Shown one piece after another: positions 59,267 through 64,000 of a DNA stretch of 64,000 bases; positions within the stretch are counted from its first letter, which is position 1; every line of letters starts with the position of its first letter. Both the position numbers and the translations under genes were made by a program. Below the pieces are notes generated by a model, which was not told the origin of the DNA, made no database searches, and saw nothing but the letters and a program-made list of their open reading frames with translations. The stretch comes from an uncultured delta proteobacterium (GTDB lineage Bacteria > Myxococcota_A > Polyangia > Polyangiales > B10-G4): positions 1,216,001 to 1,280,000 of the forward strand of contig CAVSGI010000010.1 in the NCBI GenBank assembly GCA_963727445.1, written 5' to 3'.

Positions 59267-59351
59267 GTTCCTGCCTCCATGGTTGTCGGTGTGGAGACAT
59301 TGGTAATCGTCTTCGGCTGGGTGCACAATGGGTGCCTCAGTCAGGCTATAG

Positions 59352-60259
59352 ATGACGAATAAGTTCATGATCCCCTCTTTCACCGGCGTGCCTGTCTTCG
59401 TTCAGGTGGCGGAGCAGCTCAGCTTTCGTGGGCGCCGCGCGAGTCCTGGGTGTGACGCCCACCGCCGTGAGCAAGGCCGTCTCGCGGCTCGAGGAGCGCC
59501 TCGGGGTCACCCTGCTCCATCGCACCTCGCGCCGGGTCTCGCTGACGCCCGAGGGTGAGCTCTACTTTCGTCGCTGCCGCGAAGCGCTCGAATCTGCTGT
59601 CCGCCGCCCAGGACGAGCTCGACGCCTCGGCGGACGCCGTGCGGGGCGCAGTGAAGATCTCGCTCTCCTTCGTGCTGGGCCGGCTCGTGACGGAGAGCCT
59701 GGGGCGCCTCCTGTCGCGCTACCCGCAGGTGCGGGTCGAGCTGTCGCTGACGGATCGCGAGGTGAGCCTCGTCGAGGAGGAAGTGGATGTCGCCCTGCGG
59801 ATCGGGACGCTCGAGGACTCGTCGCTGATCGCCAAGAAGCTCCGGGCGACGCGCTGGGTGACCGTCGCGTCGCCCAGCTATCTCGCGCGCACGCCCGCGA
59901 TCGAGCGCTACCAGGACCTCGACGCGCATCGCTGCCTGCGCTTTTCGCGCCCGGGCGGCGGCGTCGCGGAGTGGCAGTTCGTCCCGGCTGAAGGTGCGGC
60001 GCCGGTGGCGTATCGCTCGGACAGCGCGGTGTTGATCGATCAGGGAGACCTGTTGCTGCACGCCGCGGCCAGCGGCCTCGGCGTCGTGCAGGCCCTCGAC
60101 TTCATGGTCGAGGAACATCTCGAGCGCGGCGAGCTGGTGGAGGTGCTGGCGCATCAGGCGGCGCCGGGCCCCGACATTCATGCGCTCACCCTGCCGAGCC
60201 GCGGCCGCGTCCCGCGCGTGCGGGCAATCGTGGATCTGCTGGCCGAGATCCTCGGTTAG
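59352..60259 (+). CDS. LysR family transcriptional regulator (frameshifts ~59430, ~59597)
   Basis: [11 protein letters not shown] / [41 protein letters not shown] / [16 protein letters not shown]; divergent from the oxidoreductase. Confidence 0.85.
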
Positions 60260-61081
60260 CCGAGGCCGAAGACGCGCGCCGCGTTGTCGTGCAGGAAGAG
60301 GCGCTTCGCCTCGTCGTCGAGCTCGAGAGTGTCGAGCTGAGCGACGCACTGGGCGGGCTGGATCATCGGGTAGTTGCTGCCCGAAGAGGACCTTCTTCCG
60401 CCCGTGCCCGCGCATGAACGCGACGAGCTGCGGCGGATAGCGCTTCGGCTTGTAGGCCGAGGTGTCGATGTAGACGCGCTCATACTTCGTCGCCAGCGCG
60501 ATCATCTCGTCGGTCCAGGGATAGCCGATGTGCCCGCCGACGATCGTCAGCTCCGGGAAGTCGAGGGCCACGCGGTCGAGATAGGGAATCGGCCGCCCCG
60601 GCTCCGAGGGCTTCAGCGGCCCCGCGTGCCCCACCTGAAGGCAGAAGGGAACGCCCAGCTCCACGCACTCCGCGTAGAGCGGGTAGTAGCGCCGGTCATC
60701 CGGCGGCAGCTCCCACAGCCACGGCAACATCCGCAGCCCCACGAAGCCAAGCTCCTTCACCGCGCGGCGAAGCTCGCGCACCGCCTCCATCGGCTGCGAC
60801 AGGTCCACCGACGCCACCCCGAAGAAGCGGTCGGGATGGGCCGTCACGAAGGACGCCACCTCATCGTTGTCGATCAGCGCCCCCTTCGGCCCCCACCAAG
60901 CCGACACCAGCGCCTTCGACACCCCAGCAGCGTCGAGCGCCCCCACCGTCAGCCCCAGCGGGATCGCCGCCGGAACCTCCGTCACCCCCATCCACCGCCG
61001 GAGCGACGCGAACATCTCGTCCCCCACGAACCCAGGCGTCGGATGCTGAATCCACGCATCGATGATCGGCGTATCGCTCAC
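60256..61081 (-). CDS. amidohydrolase family 2 protein (frameshift ~60380)
   Basis: IIDAWIQH, NDEVA..HPDRF, YPLYAECVELGVP, GHIGYPW, VYIDTSA, KVLFG/SNYP, NAARVF. Confidence 0.85.
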
Positions 61082-61111
61082 CTCGCGAAGCTTACCCCCA
61101 CAAAGAGCGAA

Positions 61112-61140
61112 ACCCCCACCTCCGCGAAGGAGATGGGGGT
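61112..61140 (-). terminator. rho-independent terminator of the giant surface-protein gene
   Basis: Minus-strand RNA ACCCCCAUCUCC-UUCGC-GGAGGUGGGGGU (12-bp stem; the one non-Watson-Crick position is a U-G wobble on this strand only), followed by UUCGCUCUUU. Confidence 0.7.
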
Positions 61141-61181
61141 CGCTTCGTTGGTGCTCCGGGCTAGCCGGAGCTAGTGGGCGA

Positions 61182-64000
61182 TCAGGTGCCGGTGCCGGTC
61201 ATCGCGACGGTGGCCGTCTTGTTGGGCGAGCCGTCGGTGACCGTCAGGGTCGCGTTGCGGGCGCCGGTGGCCGAAGGCAGGAAGCGGACGCGCACCGAGC
61301 AGGTCGCCCCGCTGCGCGCGGGTCGAGCCGCTGCAGCTGTCGAGGATGATGTCGAAGTCGGCCGCATTGGCGCCCGTGATCGTCGGCTACCAGAACGCCC
61401 GTCGCCGGGTTGGCCTGGTTGGTGAAGGTGGAACGTGGTCACGACGCCACCCGCCGTCACCGAGGTGCTGCCGAAGGCAGGAGCTCCCGCTGGTGCGCTC
61501 CAGCGCCGCAGTACCGCTCGAGGTGATGTCGCCGGTGACCGACGAGATACCGGGCGAGCTCACGGTGAGTGTGCCGGAATCGGCGCCGATGCCCGTCGGA
61601 GCGTGGAGAATGGTGACGTCGCACATTCCGCCAGAAGCGGTCAGCGTCGGCGACGTGACGCAGCTCGACGACGGGTCGACCTCGAAGTCACCCGTGACCG
61701 CCGCCGACACATCCGCGTCCGAGCCTCCACCATTCTGAACGGTGAAGGTGGCGCAGGTGTAGGTGTCGTTGCCGGCATAGTTCGCCGGACACGACTGGGT
61801 GGTGGTCGGGGTGATGCCGAGGACTGCAGCCGCGAGGCCATCGCCGGTGAGGCTGGAAGTGTCCGAGAGGCCACCGCCCGCGTTCACGTTCAACGTCGCG
61901 TTGTAGGTGATCGGCGCCACCGGGTTGAAGGTGACCTCGATGGTGCAGCTATCACCGCCCGCGAGCGGTCCACCCGCGCAGGTGTTCGCGCCGATGGCGT
62001 AGATGCTGGACGCCGGGCCGGTCAGCGTCGGGGCAGGCGCCGAGGGTGTGGCCACGTCGCCAGCGTTGGTGACCGTGAAGGTGAAGGAGTCGCTCGAACC
62101 CGCAGTGGTGTCATCATACGTATGCGAGCCTGGGCTGAGGGTCAGACCCGCCGGCGCAAGCGAGGTACCCGTCGACGGCGCCCGCGGCATCGTCGGAACG
62201 CACCTGGGAAGTCGACTACGGCCGTGGCCTGATCGAAGCCGATAGGGAGCCCCTGCCGGGCGGATTGTAGGTGACGTCGACCGTGCAGCTCGCACCGGGC
62301 ATGACCGTGATACGCCCACCGTGCAAGGCGTCCCGCCCGCAGGCGTGATGGTGAATCGGCTGGCTGCCGGACCGCTCATGCGATGACGGAGATCGTCAGG
62401 GTGATGGCGCTGTTGTTGGACACCGTGAACGTCTGAGGACCGACCGAGACGCCACCCGGCGTGGAGCCGAAGTCGTACGGGGTCGGATTGATCGTCGGCG
62501 CTACGTTGGGCATCGAGATAGCCGTTGACGTAGATGACGCACTGAGCCTCCAGGGGTGCCGGTCACCGTGATGTCGCCGTCCTGATAGGGCGTCGGCGGT
62601 CCAACCGGCGGGCTGAAACGCGCATCGACGCGTGCAGCTGGCCCCGCCCATGAGCACGCCAGTGCAGGTCGTGCGACGATGTCGAAGTTCGCGATGGTTG
62701 GTGGTCACCGACGCGACTGAGAGTCCCCGTGGGCAGGTCGCCGCCGTTGGTGATGACGAACCGGCGGTTCGCTGAGTTGGCGCCGTTGATGAGTACGGCC
62801 GAACCAGAAACGAGTCCCGGCCGGGCAGCCGTAGCTGCCGCAGGTGCCAAGCCATTGGTGGTCGGAGGTCGTCGCGGACACATCCGCCGACGACATCACG
62901 AGCGCCGGATTGGACGCGGAGATGCTGTCGACCAAGCTGACTGCCGCGCGAGCGGTGTCGGCGAAGTACACGCCATTGCTCGCGCGAACCTCGACGTCCA
63001 TGTAATCGCTGGCCGCCGACGCCGGCGAGAACGCGACGTCGAAGGTGCAGGTGGCACCCGCGGTGAGCGTGCTGCAGGTGTTGTTCGTGATCGGGAACTC
63101 CGCGGCATGGCTGCCCATGCCCACGACGATCGAGCCGGTCGCCGCGGTTCCGACGTTCGTCACGGTGAAGGTCGTGGCCGCGCTGGTCGTGCCCTCACCA
63201 GTCGTGAACATGGCCGTCGCCAGGCGTCAGCGTGATCTGCGAGGACACCATGCCCGTAAGCGACGTGTTGTCTGTCTGTGCGCCCTGCTGGACGATCAGC
63301 GTCCCGTTGTAGGTCGCCGTCGTGCTGTCCGTGTTGTTCGGAGAGAAGCGAACGACGATGGTGCAGCTCGCGCCGCCTGCCAGGACGTCGGTTCCAGACG
63401 CGGGACAGGTGCCCGAACCCAGGATCGTGTACTGAGTGGCGCCGGTCAGCGAGTAGCTGAGCGTGCCCGTGTCCTCGGTCGGAGAGGTGTTGGTGACCGT
63501 GAAGGTGCGATTCTGATTGCGGGTCGCGATCACGGTTCCGAAGTTGGTCGTCCCGGTCACGTTGATGCTCGCACCGACGACGCCGTTGCCCTGGATGTTG
63601 GCGGTGGCGCTGTTCATCCCGTAGTCGAGAGTGACTGTACCCATGCTGGCGCCCGTGGACTGTGGGATAGAACCGCACTGACGACTCGCAGGTCGCGCCG
63701 GCCGCCAGGTTGGTGCCCGAACACGTATCGCGAAGATCGCCATGTCAGAGCCGAGCGCGGCGTCGTCGGAGATGATCCCGCTGCGTGACGGCGCCGGTGT
63801 TCTGCGCGGTGAGCTCGATCCGAGGACGTCGGCCGATGGCAATATCACCGAAGTCGGCCGGGAAGGTGGTGTTCGCCGCACCGGAGGGAGAGCGCTGCCA
63901 CTGCAGTGAACCGAATCGGCCCAACCGCGTTCCCATCGAGGGTGGCCGTCTCGGTCGCCATACCCGAGCCCGTGACGGTGAAGGGCGAGGTGCGGGCGCC
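61182..64000 (-). CDS. 3' part of a giant surface protein of tandem choice-of-anchor-D/ASH-like Ig domains; many frameshifts
   Basis: Repeated units FTVTNxG...F.I..NTC..L..GxSCT..VxFxP....ATLxV...LTGxG in shifting minus-strand frames; ends VAMTGTGT* at 61182. Confidence 0.75.

Noticed and set aside
1..64000. tRNA/rRNA genes, IS elements, prophage or anti-phage defence genes
   Set aside because: No cloverleaf or rRNA-like segments and no transposase, integrase, phage-structural or known defence motifs were recognised by eye; a covariance-model or HMM scan would be needed to exclude small ncRNAs

Overview
High-GC bacterial DNA with a Myxococcota-like (Polyangia/Sandaracinaceae-like) gene content; the taxonomy is inferred from gene types only. 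About 25 or more apparent single-base frameshifts, including several in sdhA/sdhB, suggest an unpolished long-read assembly, so split ORFs are treated as single genes. The main find is a triterpenoid operon: class II HMG-CoA reductase, an apparent single-polypeptide squalene synthase::squalene-hopene cyclase fusion, hpnG, hpnH and a KstR-like TetR, preceded by a sigma70-like promoter and three AAC-N3-GTT palindromes. Other loci: an NHL-repeat/cytochrome P460-family lipoprotein cluster; an ABC exporter whose two permeases carry an active and a degenerate zinc-peptidase domain; DUF4266/DUF3570 with putative heme-c lipoproteins; a TetR - sphingosine-1-phosphate-lyase-like - M81 operon with twin operators; a Cys-rich 53-aa-repeat lipoprotein beside a TPR/Ser-Thr kinase pair; a possibly exported dikinase with glucan-water-dikinase-like domain order; an Sdh1-type succinate dehydrogenase operon; a 12 x 52-bp non-coding tandem array; and the 3' part of a giant Ig-like surface protein. 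Many genes look leaderless. No rRNA, tRNA, CRISPR array or transposase was recognised.
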